DNA of 64,000 bases from Pseudovirgaria hyperparasitica. Lineage: Eukaryota. This document shows positions 50,090-63,044 of this stretch, piece by piece; position 1 is the first letter of the stretch; each line of letters begins with the position of its first letter. The stretch is from the NCBI GenBank assembly GCA_010093815.1, contig ML996569.1; one strand, 5' to 3'. Position numbers and translations under genes: made by a program. Below the pieces are notes generated by a model. The model did no database searches. It saw only the letters and a list, made by a program, of their open reading frames with translations, and was not told the origin of the DNA.

Positions 50090-52524
50090 ATGCCGACTCC
50101 CGTCTCTGCGCAAGGTCCCTCTCAGCCTCCGCCACAGGACGCGCCCATTCATAATGGATCCGCCCTAGAGAGCTCCAACATCTCTTCATCTATCACGGAC
50201 AATTCTTCATCTCAAAGCGAGCAGCGAGATGCAATATGGGCAGGGAAAGAGAAAGCCAAAGCTGTGATGGAGGCATCGGGAGTCAATGTCGCGTCTCAAC
50301 CAAGCGTAATATCACCGCCTCACACGCGTCGAGATGAATCACCCGGCGATGGCGCGCCAATGGCGAACGGTAGCTCATCGAGAAAGCGTTCAAGATCAGG
50401 ATCGCGAATTCCATCAAAGCATACAGAGAAAGATAAAGAGCCCTCATTGCAGGAATACCTTTTACACCAGTATATCGAACGCGACTCTTTACATGCGGCG
50501 GCGATGAACGACCAAGCAGAGATTAGCAGGAATCGTATGTTCTTTAAGCGAGCTGAGAGGGAATACTATCTTGGCACGATGAGAAAGCAAAAGTTTGAAG
50601 ACCCTGGTTCTGTCTTTGGCTATGGTTACCTTGGATATGGCAATGGTCTGACAGAGCAGCGGCCTGCAAGACTCGAATATCCTGAAAAGAAAAAAAGGCC
50701 TGGATCTCGGAGAGCGAGGGCCATGCATATATCGAGGAAAGACAAGGAACAACAAGCGGAGCAGTTGGAGGAGCTGGTACCTATACGCTTGGATATTGAT
50801 TTCGACAACAAGATAAGGCTGCGCGACACGTTCACTTGGAACCTCCACGACCGAATAACGCGCCCTGAAGTCTTTGCGGAGAATTTGGTCGAAGATTTTA
50901 GAGTTCCTCGCGAATTGGCTCTTCCTGTTGCGCAAAGAGTTCTCTTCGAGATGACTGAACAGATTCAAGATTTTTATCCCCATATATACATTGATGAGGA
51001 CGCCCTGGATCCGCACCTACCTTACCACGCATACAAAAACGATGAGATGCGCATTCTAATAAAACTAAATATAACGATCGGCCAGCATACACTTATGGAT
51101 CAGTTTGAGTGGGAGTTAAACAACCCATCGAATTCACCGGAGGAGTTTGCAAGTCTGACAGCTCGAGAACTGTCACTCTCCGGGGAATTTGCAACAGCGA
51201 TTGCGCACTCCATCAGAGAACAATGCCAGATCTACACGAAGAGCCTTTACATCACCGGACATCCTTTCGACGGAAGGCCTATCGAGGATGCAGATGTTCG
51301 TGACGCGCTTCTCCCGTCACCTCTCCCTTCCGTCTTTCGCCTTTCGGTACATGCTAAAGACTACACCCCATATCTTTACGAACTGAATGAGACGGAGCTA
51401 GAGCGGACCGAGCATTCGATGCTGAGAGAACAACGGAGGCAGAAACGATCTGTTAATCGTCGCGGAGGACCTGTTCTGCCCGACCTCAAGGATAGGCAGC
51501 GCACAGTCCGAACCTTGATCGTATCCTCTGTATTACCAGGAGCGGCAGAAAACCTTGACGGGAGTCGGCTGTACAAGGTTGTTCGGTCATCAGGACGCAA
51601 ACGAGTTACTGGTCGATTAGACGGCGGTGATGATTCAGACGAGAGTGAAGAGTCTGATTCTGCCCCCGAATCACCTGCTCCTTCGCAGCTGGTTGGTGGT
51701 ACTGCCCGTACAAGAGGCATGAGAGGCGCTGCATCTGCAGCGCAGGCGGCCATGCGAGCCAACCTAGGCCGATCTGCAACCCCCGAAATTGCCACTCTAC
51801 ACCACCATGAGACGCGCACTTCAAGGCGTTCCGGTCTTCCTGAGCGAGAAGAAAGCATAGCAGAGACTCTTGTAGTCAAGCTTCATATTGGCAGAGAAGC
51901 TATGCGAAGCCTTCAGCAAGGGAAAAGAATCCATACAGCGTCAGCAAGCACGCCTCGTATGCCGCAAAGAGCGTCATCCCAACGTAGTACACCTGCTGCA
52001 TCTGGAATGTTACCTCCACCGTCGCCTGCCATGAAACAACAACCTTCACCTCAGCAGCGAGGGGCCGACGACTCCAATAACAACCCGCCGTCGCAAAGTG
52101 TCCAGTATTCTGCTGATGGTCGGGTAGAGGCCCCGTATCCTCTACCTGCTAACTATACACCAGTGAGTTTATGATACCTTGTGCCTCTCCATATATAATT
52201 ACTGATCGCTATCAGCCTCCACCTCCACCATGGCTAGTGTCGTCACTCCGAGCTCTTCAAAGTAGGTATAAGGAAGATTCTTTTGAAGCCACTATGCGCT
52301 GGAGCGCTGTCGATAAGACGACCGGAGCATCACAAAAACTGGAATTGGCGCAAGGTGCACCCGTACCGCCCAACATTAAACATCAGTTCCTTCCACGAAT
52401 ACGGTGTAATGACTGTCCAGGAAAATTATATACTGCAGGTCCCGAGCTTACACTTGACAACTTTGAGATTCATTTGAAGAACCGAGGACATAGAAGTAAG
52501 GTCGACGAACGCAAACGAAGGTAG
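50090..52524 (+). CDS. SNF5: SWI/SNF chromatin remodelling subunit Snf5
   Basis: LVPIRLDID..LRDTFTWN (repeat 1), MRILIKLNITIG..DQFEW..PEEFA..LSGEF.TAIAHSIREQ (repeat 2); last exon RIRCNDCPGKLY..NFEIHLKN..H. Confidence 0.93.
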
Positions 52525-53730
52525 CACGACGCAGGATCGGCGCCTGGCTCTGGGCACTCATGGGCGTCTCTGTTTACCTGTACACACAAGTTTGGTTAGG
52601 GGCGTCATTGTGTTAATGTAGTGTACGGAGGATCAGCATTGAAGGTGTTTCACTGGAAGTCGAAGTATCCTTCTGGTCACCAGTCTAGACGAGTCAGCGA
52701 TATTTGATGTATTAAGATAAAACTATTCTACCCAAGTCTGTCATTGTCTGGCAGACTCGGTTCACGATTTAACGCTCTTACTTCCATGATTGTTGCTACT
52801 GTTTGATCTCTTCTGTTGCATGGCTAACTGTCCATGATGCCACGCAGGTCCTGTAATGTAGTCAACGATAACCGACAGCGTCCCAGACAGAATCCAAAGA
52901 TCAACAGTCTACATACACCCTTTTCACGTTCTCAATATTTCTTGCCCTGATTCACGCTATTACCTTCGGAAATGTTCTAGGCAGAACCTGTCGTCGAATA
53001 TATTTTACATCCTTGCCAGAAGAAAAGCAACAGGAAACATATAGTCCTCGGCGACTTCTCGACATTTCTTTTGGAGTTCTGACGGGGAAGAAGAGAATAC
53101 ATACCGACCTAGACTTCTTCGACTATTGCCAAAGTCAGCTTTGGAGATAACGGTTCTTTCTGTCTGGGAATTTTGCGGTCATGGTGAGTAGTCTATTGTC
53201 ATGTTTCTACTACCAACTGTACTGTACGTAAAGATATAAGCTAGGAGGATGGGGAACTATGGATAGAGTTTGTGGCTCATGATGATTTCGCGCAGCAATT
53301 CCGAAGATTTGTGCCCTCAAAATCGAATTGATCATTCCTCTCTCTCCGTCTCTTTCTTCCAAGCCTATGAGCCAGCAGCTATAGTGAAGAAGCCCAGACA
53401 TAGTCCCAAAATATGACGAAGAAGAGATTCCTAAGATCAATGGAAGTTCTATACATGTTATGAGCAAATTAGCAACAAGGCCTATCACAATGTTTCCTCT
53501 TTTTAAACCACATTGCGTTTTACGACTACTTTCGACAATATAGTCTTCAATGATGGACCAGGTTCCAGAGCTAATGACTCTGGTACATCTAGCCTGCATC
53601 CGATGGTTTTCAGGGGTAATTATACATCAGTCAAGATGCTGAGAGCACTCGTAAAAATGCGTACAGAACTTCTTTCCAAGAACGCCACTTGCTGTATGAC
53701 TCCATCGACTACGCACTTGAGGGTTACAAA

Positions 53731-54452
53731 TCACAAACGTTCCTTAGCGGCGACCTTCTCAAGAAGTGTCGCAAACGTCTCCGGCTCCTCCGCCCCTCCG
53801 ATCGCATACTTCCCCTGGAACACAAAATACGGCACTCCAGTCACCTCTTCGCCTTCCCGTGCCTCCCGCGCCTCCCTATCAACCCGCTCGCCCCCCTGAT
53901 CACTCGCAAGCCACGCCCTAACCTCCTCCGCATCCAACCCAGCCCTCTCGCCCGCCGCCTGCAACACCGCATGATCCGTGAGATCCCTCTCGTTCTCAAA
54001 GTACGCCGCAAACAGCTCCTCCACAACCCGCGTCTGCACCGCTGCACCTTTCTCCTTGCCCAGCTGCACCAGCCGGTGTGAGTCACGTGTGTTGCCCACG
54101 CGGCCCCCATACTTGAAGTTGATGCCGAGGGACGCGCCGATACTGGAGAGGCGCTCTTGCATCATGCGTGCGCGGGCGACGCCGAATTTAGATTCGTACA
54201 TGGCTTGCTTGTCGACGCTCTCTTTGGGTGCCGCTGGATTGAGGAAGAATGGGGCCCAGGTGGTGGAGAATGTGGCGGTGGAGTCTGGGTGACGTTCTTT
54301 GTATAGGGCGATGCCGGCTTCAAGGCGCTTCTTGCCGACGTAGCACCATCTGAGGATATCGTTAGTGTCGGAAACGTTTGGAAGGATGGATATGCAGGGG
54401 GGGCGCACGGGCAGACAGTGTCGGAGATGATCTTGATGTCGAATGTTGCCAT
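53731..54452 (-). CDS. DsbA/FrnE-like thioredoxin-fold protein
   Basis: IKIISDTVCP|WCYVGKKRL (CPWC across an intron), PFFLNP, NTRDSHRL, VTGVPYFVF, GAEEPETF. Confidence 0.92.
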
Positions 54453-54846
54453 TTTGGATAGCATTGATAGTCTGAGGCGTTGAGTTGTAGAAGTTTGGGG
54501 CATAGCAGTTGGAAGAGTGGGACTTTATATGTGAATTAGTAATGAGATTTGCCATGATGTGGATTAGCAATCATCTTGGATCTGTTGTTTCACGTGACTC
54601 TTGCCCTGCGAGATATATCGAGAATGTCGGTAACGAACGCTCTCGACAAATTTGAGCGAGCTTGTCGGGGAAGAGGAGTTCAGCATGTACCTATGGATAA
54701 TATTTCTTTATATTGATTGAGGAGGAAGTGATTGCGATCTTTTCATCGCAATTCCTCAGTGGGCTTATTCACGCCAGGAGCCTGCTCAGCAACATCGAAA
54801 CGCCATGAAAGTATTTACAGAGTGAATGGAAGTCTTCATGCTACGC

Positions 54847-55569
54847 TTAGCAAGTATTCAGCATAGACTGTAGCGCAGTCTTTTCGGCGGAGGTGATGGT
54901 CAGGCTGTAAACAGACTTGACCTTGATCCACATCCTGGAGTAGATGCAATAGTAGGAAGCTGACAATCAATCAGTATGCTTTTAATTCAGCAAGAGAAAG
55001 AAAGCTCACATAGCGGAGGCTTCCACTCTTCAGGGCCCTTGTCACCCTTTGCCTGGTTGACGTTATCAGTAACAGCAAGGAGCTGAGGGTTGGTGAGGTC
55101 GTTGGCGAAAGCTTGACGTTGAGAGGTCGTCCACGATGCGGCACCAGACTTCCATGCGTTGGATAGAGGGACCATATGGTCAATGTCGACGTCGCTTGCA
55201 GCAGTCCAGGTAGCACCATCATAGGGACTAAACCAAGAGCCACTGATAGCTGCGCACGCAGAGTCTTGGACAACGTTTGTGCCATCACGCTTCAGGACAA
55301 CCTCACGAGTGTTGCAAGTTCTGGATGTGGTAAGCATCTGTCATATTATTACATGTCGTAGATACAGAGACATACCCGCTCTGAGTGATCCAGTGCGGAA
55401 ACAAATCACGAGAGTAACCATCCTGAGCCCCCTGGGCTTTGACAGTCAGGCCGTTCAACTGTGTCTGCGCTTGCGAGGCAGATGGAACGTTTGGAGGCGC
55501 TGGCACAGGCGCTGGTAGAGCACCAGCGACTGTCGCAAGAGCTACGGAGACAGCAATGAATCCCTTCAT
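54847..55569 (-). CDS. Secreted HNH/His-Me finger nuclease-like protein (DUF1524 type)
   Basis: Signal peptide; GYSRDLFPHW, CNTREVVLKRDG, W.SPYDG, DIDHMVPL, N..KGDKGPEEWKPP, YYC.Y...W..VK..Y.L; two introns. Confidence 0.9.
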
Positions 55570-56901
55570 GGTCGTGGATAGTATCGGCTTTGATGGTTCA
55601 GGGATTCGGTGCTTTCAAAGAGCAACAAATGCAAGTTCCCGCTGTTGGGGAGGAAATCCGGACTGGCGACGCAGTATCATGTTCATCGCCATGCCAGTCA
55701 CCTCTATATACACAGTGAATAGCTGTCAACCCTATACGGAAAGAGGAAGGTAATCAGGTACCAAGGATGCGCGCTGTAGTAGAAAAGATGAACTGCTGAA
55801 TCGGGGGCGCGGAACCGCCCATCACGCTCAGCCATGGAGGCTCGGCGACAGATGTTAGGTTGGGTGTCTGGATACACATGTAGCACGCTGTCTGGGCAGT
55901 CGTTATCATTCGTGGTGGGCATGTCGATCTTCCTTTAGTGGGCCTCGACGGATGCTGGCGCAGGTCGCAGATTCAAATGCAGGCTAACCAAGACACGCTG
56001 TGGAGGGCTCCTCTATGATTCGTTTGCCGGGGCGCTTATAGTTCGTTTGCCAGGAAATACATCATCAGAGTCGTTCTCTTTCGCGACCGGATGTGATATG
56101 TAATGCTTCAATACGAGGCCCGTTCTTGAGGCTAGATAATGCATTACATCGTGCTGGATGTTATCTGGCCACCCAGATAGAGATGTGTATCTCTAACGGG
56201 CATGTAAGATGTAATCAAGCTAAGAGATATCAGCCTTGCTCAATCGCATCAAGAATGCATGAATATTCAAGGATACCTCTACTATAGCGCGATAGGCCTC
56301 CGCCGGATTTCAATTATCCCTGCGACTCATCAATTCGGCTCGAGACGTGATTGGCCGTAGATTGGAAAACATGCAGGAATTTGGCTAAAGTTTCACATAG
56401 ATGCAGGAGAAGCAGACATGTTCGGTCAAAGAAGATTCTTTGATTCTTCAGGAAAGCTTCGCACAAGAAGATTTGGGGGTTGCAATGATGCCTAAGGCGG
56501 CAAATCTTGCACGTGAGTGGCCGGGACATAGAAAGACTTTCTAATCTAACACGCTTGTAATTTGAAACAACAGCGCGCCGTATCTTAAAGCTTCGTGCTG
56601 ATATCTGCCTACGATATATGTATCGCTTCAGACGGTTCCATGAGCGCAATCAGATGTACACAATTACGCTATCGATATGCCAATCGGAAACAGCGTCGAT
56701 CATAACGGGTCTGCTTCCTGCATCGACAAAATGCCGCTTCATGTAAAGGCAATGGACACCATGATACCTTAGTCCTAGAACGGCGACAGTGATGCTGTCA
56801 CGACCCTTTTCTATTTCCTCTTCCCATCTTTACCCCTTGCTGTGTAGAATTCCTCACTGTTGCAGTTCAGCCTACTAAGTCTTAATGAGAATAGTCGTTG
56901 C

Positions 56902-57129
56902 TCACTTCTCCTTGACCGATTTTGCTTTATTTCCCTCCAGTCTGTCAAGTGCCCCTTCGATAAGTCCTATATGCCCTCTCAATGTCCCCTCGAGCTCGTC
57001 CATCCGCGCTTCGTGTTCTTCGAGATTATAGATATGATGGCTGCGGAGCATATATGTCGATCCAGAGATTGCGAAGAGGTTCGCGAGGCCGATGAAGAGT
57101 ATAGGGGAGCGAAGTGCTGATGCAGCCAT
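56902..57129 (-). CDS. 75-aa single-pass membrane microprotein with coiled coil
   Basis: Strong start context AACAACATGG, TATA-like ATATATAAAA about 70 nt upstream, hydrophobic PILFIGLANLFAISGSTYML then amphipathic heptads. Confidence 0.65.
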   Translation of the reverse strand: MAASALRSPILFIGLANLFAISGSTYMLRSHHIYNLEEHEARMDELEGTLRGHIGLIEGALDRLEGNKAKSVKEK

Positions 57130-57421
57130 GTTGTTTATGAATAATTCCTAACAAGTTTTGCGAATGAGACCAATGGGCAAGGCCATGGAGTATAGGTGGT
57201 TTTATATATGATATCATGACTTCAATGATGGTGTTAGTGCCTCAGGCGATAAGCCATCCAGCCCAAACACTAATATTCTTGGTCAATCTCGTTGCCCGCA
57301 TCGAAGCAAACAATATAATCAGGATTGAACACCAGACCTAGATAATGCTACTGGACTGGAGATAGTTACGAATTGGCCTCCCCATATTGTGACATAGATG
57401 ACTAATACAAGGATCACGGGA

Positions 57422-57453
57422 TCGCGCGTGATATTTACGCGTCTCGTCGCGTC
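57422..57453. promoter_or_regulatory. MCB-like (ACGCGT/CGCG) cluster in CHL1 promoter
   Basis: TCGCGCGTGA..ACGCGT (57437-57442)..TCGCGTC, 65-95 nt upstream of the ATG. Confidence 0.55.
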
Positions 57454-57516
57454 ACTTCTGCGGAGTGCAAAGTAGGACGTTGAACTCGAGATTGCATTTA
57501 TCAGAAGAGTCTGAAT

Positions 57517-60371
57517 ATGGCGGCAATCGAGTTTCATCATCCGTATGAGCCGTATGACATTCAGAAGCAATTCATGACCGCACTATATGCTTGCATAGAG
57601 GAAGGAAAAGTTGGCATTTTCGAGTCTCCGACAGGTAAGGATATTCGTCATTACTGTCTCACTAATTAACAGTTGCGCCATAGGAACTGTATGTGATGCA
57701 TTGTCGACATGGATGCGCACAATTTTGATGTTGATTTAGGGCAAGTCTCTCAGTCTTATCTGTGGATCTCTTACATGGCTGAGGGGTGAAAAGAAGAAGA
57801 CATTCGAGACCGGGGTATCGTCTGTCGAGTTCGGTAAATTTTACAAATATATTGATTTACATGTCTGATTACAAACAGATGAAGATGAGCCAGAATGGGT
57901 AAGGGAGCACGCACAGAAGCAAAGACGGACCGAGGCAACCCAACGGCACAAGGAGCTCGAAGAAAAGCTTTCGAGAATTCGCGAGAAGGAAAGATCTATT
58001 CGTGAGCAGTATGAGAATGCTGAGCCTTATACCAAACGTCGAGTAGGTCTCCTATCCCCGTTCTTCAAATGACTGCAGCTCATGCATGTAGAAACTTGAC
58101 CAGGGGGCAAGTGATACATTGGGTGAGGACCAATTTCTCTTACAGGACTACGATAGCGACGAAGACTCCTGGCAAAAACCTAGAGCTGCTGCTACGAATG
58201 GAATCAGTGCTGAGAATGCCGCTTTAATGTCAGCCCTAGGCCTAAACTCTGGCATTGAAGACGCAGCTGAAATCGAGGACGAAATGAAGATTTTTTTCTG
58301 TTCCAGAACCCATTCCCAACTTACTCAATTTGCAAAAGAGCTAAGTCGCGTTAGTATGCCGCCTGCAATTGCTGTCGCAAAGAACGTAGACGACCCAGCC
58401 GAGGATGTATGCGAGAGCTTCAAACACATCACACTCGGATCAAGGAAAAATTTATGTATCAACCCAAAAGTAAATAAGCTTGGGAATGCTACTGCGATCA
58501 ACGAACGATGCATGGAATTACAGCAGCCGAGCACAGCAGCCACAAGTAAATGTCCTTTCGTCCCAACGAAGGAAACTGAGGCCGTTGTACAAAACTTTCG
58601 CGACCATGCTCTTGCCACCATCAGAGACATTGAAGATCTTGGAAATATGGGAAGGAAATTTGGTATCTGTCCATACTACGCGTCAAGATCTGCTGTGAAG
58701 CCCAGCGAGATTGTGACATTGCCTTACCCTCTCCTGTTACAGCGCTCCGCGCGCGAAGCCCTTGATCTGTCGCTCAAAGGTCACGTTGTAATCATAGATG
58801 AAGCCCATAATCTCATCGACAGCATCACTGGCATTCACAGTGCATCAGTCTCGTTGTCTCAACTCGCCAAAGCACGAGAACAACTCATGGTTTATCTACA
58901 GAAGTTCAAGAATCGACTGAAGGGCAAGAATCGTACATATGTTGCGCAAACAGTCAGGCTGCTTGATTCGCTCATAGCGTGTCTGAAGAAATTAGTGGAA
59001 ACTCCTGGTTCTCATGAAGGAACTGTGGATGTCCAGACCATGATGACTGGGAAAGGCGCTGATCAGATCAATATTTACAAGCTGGACAAATACCTGCAAG
59101 AAAGCAAGCTCGCCAGGAAAGTAGATGGTTATATTGCCCATGAAGATACTACAGCAAGACCCATGAAAGGTCCATCGAAACCAGCTGCCGCACAGAGTGC
59201 GAAAACGACCCCTGTTCTCATGCAAGTCCAGAGCTTTCTGCTTACCTTGGTGAACCCATCGTCAGAAGGGCAATTCTTCTATTCCAAGGAACAAGACGGC
59301 GAGGCGCAGCTCAAGTACCTCCTACTTGATCCGACCCATCACTTTAAGGAAGTCGTAGAAGAGGCTAGATCGGTTATCCTAGTCGGTGGAACGATGTCCC
59401 CTATGAGTGATTTTACCCAGCACTTATTCTCATATGTTCCTCCCTCTCGGATCACGACACTCTCCTGTGGACATGTCATTCCTGCCTCGAACCTGCTTGC
59501 ACTGCCCATAGTTCAGGGATCCTCTGGCGCTTCGTTCGATTTCACGTATGAGAAGCGAAACTCAAGTGGCATGGTTAGTGACTCTCTAACCCCTAAAATT
59601 ACCTAAGGTCCTCCTGCTAATATCCCATAGATTCAAGACCTAGGTCTCACAATAAAGTCACTCATTGAACATATACCAGACGGTGTAGTAGTCTTCTTCC
59701 CAAGCTACACTTATCTCGACAGCTGCGTAACCCAATGGAAAAAGTCTTCCTCACTCGGTTCAAAATCAATATGGGACGCTCTGCAAAGCACGAAACCAAT
59801 CTATCTCGAATCCCGCAGCCAACACGCAACAGTACTACCTCCAAGCTCTCCGAAATCCAAGACCTCCAAGGCCGCCTCTGCCACAACAGAAACCGTCCTT
59901 GCAGCCTACACCTCCAAAATATTCTCCTCGGCCTCCTCCCGTGGCGCGCTTCTCCTTGCCGTCATCGGCGGCTCCCTCAGCGAAGGCATAAACTTCTCCG
60001 ACCGATTGGGCCGCGGCGTACTCGTTGTCGGACTACCCTTTCCTAATTCCCAGACCGCAGAGTGGAAAGCCAAGCTGGAATATGTGTCGAAGACTGCATC
60101 TTCCCGTGGGCAAAGTGGGAAGGATGCTGCGCGAGAGTACTATGAGAATGCATGTATGCGGGCAGTGAACCAGAGCGTTGGGAGAGCGATTAGACATAAA
60201 GGCGATTACGCGGCTATCATGATGCTGGATCGCAGGTACGGGACGAAGCGAATCCAGGAGAAACTGCCCGGGTGGATTCGAGGTGGGATCAAGAGCGAGA
60301 TGAGGGTTGGGGAGGTCTGTGGGGTGTTGGCAAAGTTCTTCGAAGAGAAGGAGTGTGGGCGTGTGAATTAA
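57517..60371 (+). CDS. CHL1: ATP-dependent Fe-S DNA helicase Chl1 (DDX11)
   Basis: [102 protein letters not shown]; five introns. Confidence 0.96.
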
Positions 60372-60810
60372 CGTGGCTATCTTGATTCAGGAGGATGCTC
60401 GATTCGTCGTTCTCCAATGTATATAGTTTAACTATATTCATCATCCATTCGGACTCATGGGTTGTAATCTCAATAGCTAAGAGGCATGAGTAGCTTTCCA
60501 AAGTAAGTCTAGCAGGAATCTTACGTGTAAGACATCAGAAATCACGTAAAAGTGCGAATGGGAGCTTGAAAAGCGGGTCTTCATGGAGTGTAGAACGTCG
60601 TTATCACGCCCAGGATCACGAATATTGCACAAACACAGCACGTATAACTCAAATAAACTCCATTCACGTTCGTGCTTTTGATGATATCCACAGCCCACCC
60701 GCACTCCCCGTTCCCCTCGGGACCCAATCTTCCCCCCTACCCAACAGCCAGGACACCGAAACACCAAACCAGACACGCCCAGTGCGGCCTAGCCGCGGCA
60801 CAGAACCGCC

Positions 60811-62388
60811 TCACACCCACCACCCCTCCTCGGCCGGGATGCCGTCGATGCCCGGAGTCGAGGTCGACGAGTCCTGTCGCTCGTCGACTTCGTCCTCCGA
60901 AGCCCCTTCGACATCCCCGAGCCCAGCCGGAACGGCAGCGCTCTCACTGGCCGGGGGCGAACGAGCCTCCTCGGCGGCAACGGCCTGTTCGGCCCACAGC
61001 TCATCTGAGTAGTCGGAAAAGCCGACCGGGTCGTTGAAGTCGATGAGTGCAGGCTCATCGGCGGATGCGACATCGTTCGTGAGAACGTAGAGTGTTGTGA
61101 TGCGCGGAGCGCGAGGATGGTACAGTGTGAGGGACGGAGGCGCAAAGACGACGTTGCCAAAACGCAGGCTAGCTAGACGAGCCCAGTGAGTTGGGCGATT
61201 GTGCGGGTAGGAATGCTTGTCGATGAGGAGATCAAGGGTCAGGGGATCAGGGCCGGTCTGGCCGATCCAGTGGAAGGAGAGTTGCATGAGGCGCGACGAG
61301 AAGCTTGCGAGCCAGTCGTGCAGCGTTTTGAGTACGACGATCCAGTCTGAGGCATAGGAGCCACCGGAGGAGGAGCGACGCTTGGATATGCCGCCGGTAA
61401 GGTACGGGCGTGGGTTAATGAGTTGGACCTCGAGGGTACGTAGTTTGTGCCATAGTTCACCATCAACGATAGCACCGGGGTTCTTCTTCTGGGTTGGTTT
61501 CCAGCAGAAGTGCATGATACCGTATGCATGAATTGGTGCGAGGCGGAGGTGTTGAAATCGAGAAAGAGGGGCACGCCTAAGTGCCTCTTGAATCGCAACT
61601 AGGGTACTCTCGACATGTCCAAACTTGCCCCAGCCCTTGTCAACAGTTGCGGGGTCGACTGAGATTGTGATTTTTTTGATGGTGGGGATCGCGACAAAGA
61701 TCATAAACCAGTCGGAATCTGTACCTCCCTCGATGTTGGAGCCTGAAGAGCGGTGGGAGGAGGTATAGGAGGTGCGTGGACGGTGTCCCGAGCTTCCGCC
61801 AAGGGAGGTACGGCGTAGTTCTGATTCGAGCTGTTCGAGGGTGTCTGATCGTGCGCGACCTGAGGAAGGCGGAAGCACGGTTGACAGGGTAGTTTCACCA
61901 GGGAGTCCCTGGTGAGAAGCACGGGATGCCATGTTCCCTTCGCGTGCGAGAGAACCAGGATCAGAAGCTTGTCTTTCGGGTAAATCGTCTGTAAATAATT
62001 GACTTGGAAAGCGAGCTCGCGGGTTGATACGAATCACGAGTTCCTCGCAATATCTCGATATATCGTATAGAGCGTGCATCATTCCGTCTCTGGGAGCATT
62101 GCAATGTGCGGAGGTAATGTACAGCTTTCGGAAAAGCCACTGGTAATGTACAGTATCGTCTCCAACCCAGATGGAAGTGAGTTTGGACGCTCCCCTCAAA
62201 TTGAGCATGTCTGTCTTTGAAAGATATGAGCGGATCAGTTTGGCAGGGCTGTCCGGGCGAAAGAGAGATATGATGCCCATGACAATCGGGCGAGAATGAA
62301 TCGGTGGGCATGCCAAAAGCCGCTCAAAGCTAGATAGAATTTGCGGAGATCGTGTCATTGCTGCCGTAGACCCAGTTGACGAAGCCAT
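60811..62388 (-). CDS. Hypothetical protein, possible N-terminal F-box-like segment
   Basis: Uninterrupted 525-codon ORF; LIRSYLSKTDMLNLRGASK resembles an F-box core; later LxxLxL repeats. Confidence 0.75.
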   Translation of the reverse strand: MASSTGSTAAMTRSPQILSSFERLLACPPIHSRPIVMGIISLFRPDSPAKLIRSYLSKTDMLNLRGASKLTSIWVGDDTVHYQWLFRKLYITSAHCNAPRDGMMHALYDISRYCEELVIRINPRARFPSQLFTDDLPERQASDPGSLAREGNMASRASHQGLPGETTLSTVLPPSSGRARSDTLEQLESELRRTSLGGSSGHRPRTSYTSSHRSSGSNIEGGTDSDWFMIFVAIPTIKKITISVDPATVDKGWGKFGHVESTLVAIQEALRRAPLSRFQHLRLAPIHAYGIMHFCWKPTQKKNPGAIVDGELWHKLRTLEVQLINPRPYLTGGISKRRSSSGGSYASDWIVVLKTLHDWLASFSSRLMQLSFHWIGQTGPDPLTLDLLIDKHSYPHNRPTHWARLASLRFGNVVFAPPSLTLYHPRAPRITTLYVLTNDVASADEPALIDFNDPVGFSDYSDELWAEQAVAAEEARSPPASESAAVPAGLGDVEGASEDEVDERQDSSTSTPGIDGIPAEEGWWV

Positions 62389-63016
62389 TGCTTATGAGGT
62401 CAGGAAGCAAAAGAAGGTGGAAGTTTGTATTGCAGACTAGTGGAAAAGAATGTGCAAGCATCGTGAAAGTTTCGGCCTGGGGCCTGGAGGCTGTGTTTAC
62501 TCTGGCAGCGCTAGAACGTCCGTGCCCACAAGTGAATCGCACAATAGGAGTCAGACCTTAACTATCCGCAGTTGCTGCATCAGGGCAATGAACGGAACAA
62601 GGGACTCCCGGACGCATATCTACGATCCTTGCCGCGGTCGTGTTCGTACTGGCACGATCCAATGCTTGATAAGCCAGTCCTGTCATATTTTCACAGCATT
62701 GAGTCTCCATCTCTCGAGTAGCAGTGACCGTATGCAGGATTGCGTGGCTTTTTGTTGAGCATGGCGACATATACCGTTGACGACGCTTATAGCGCTACTC
62801 GTGTCAAGATACTGAGGTATGTCTCCCTCACAGCGTGTCATAGGGTGCCGTCAGGAAAAGCAGCCTGAAGCAATGTGATCCAGAGTAAGGCCATGTTTTA
62901 TACGATATGAAACGAGGAATTAGAGTCTCACATCTCCAGGGAAATGCAGTGCGAGAAAAAGACGCTGCCCATAGCGGGCGGAGAAGTTGGGCAAAAGCTC
63001 TGAAAGTTGCGAACTT

Positions 63017-63044
63017 GAGCAGCGTTTGAGCAGCGTTTGAGCAG
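63017..63044 (+). repeat. 11-bp tandem repeat GAGCAGCGTTT x2.5
   Basis: gagcagcgttt gagcagcgttt gagcag. Confidence 0.75.

Noticed and set aside
52800..53600. Splice-like signals (GCTAAC..CAG, GTGAGT) and a 129-aa ORF between SNF5 and the DsbA gene
   Set aside because: No coherent spliced frame or recognisable protein could be built.
7441..60371. Apparent cluster of chromatin and DNA genes (TFIIIC subunit, DNMT5, SET, SNF5, CHL1)
   Set aside because: Spread over 50 kb and interleaved with unrelated housekeeping genes; no evidence of a functional cluster without synteny data.
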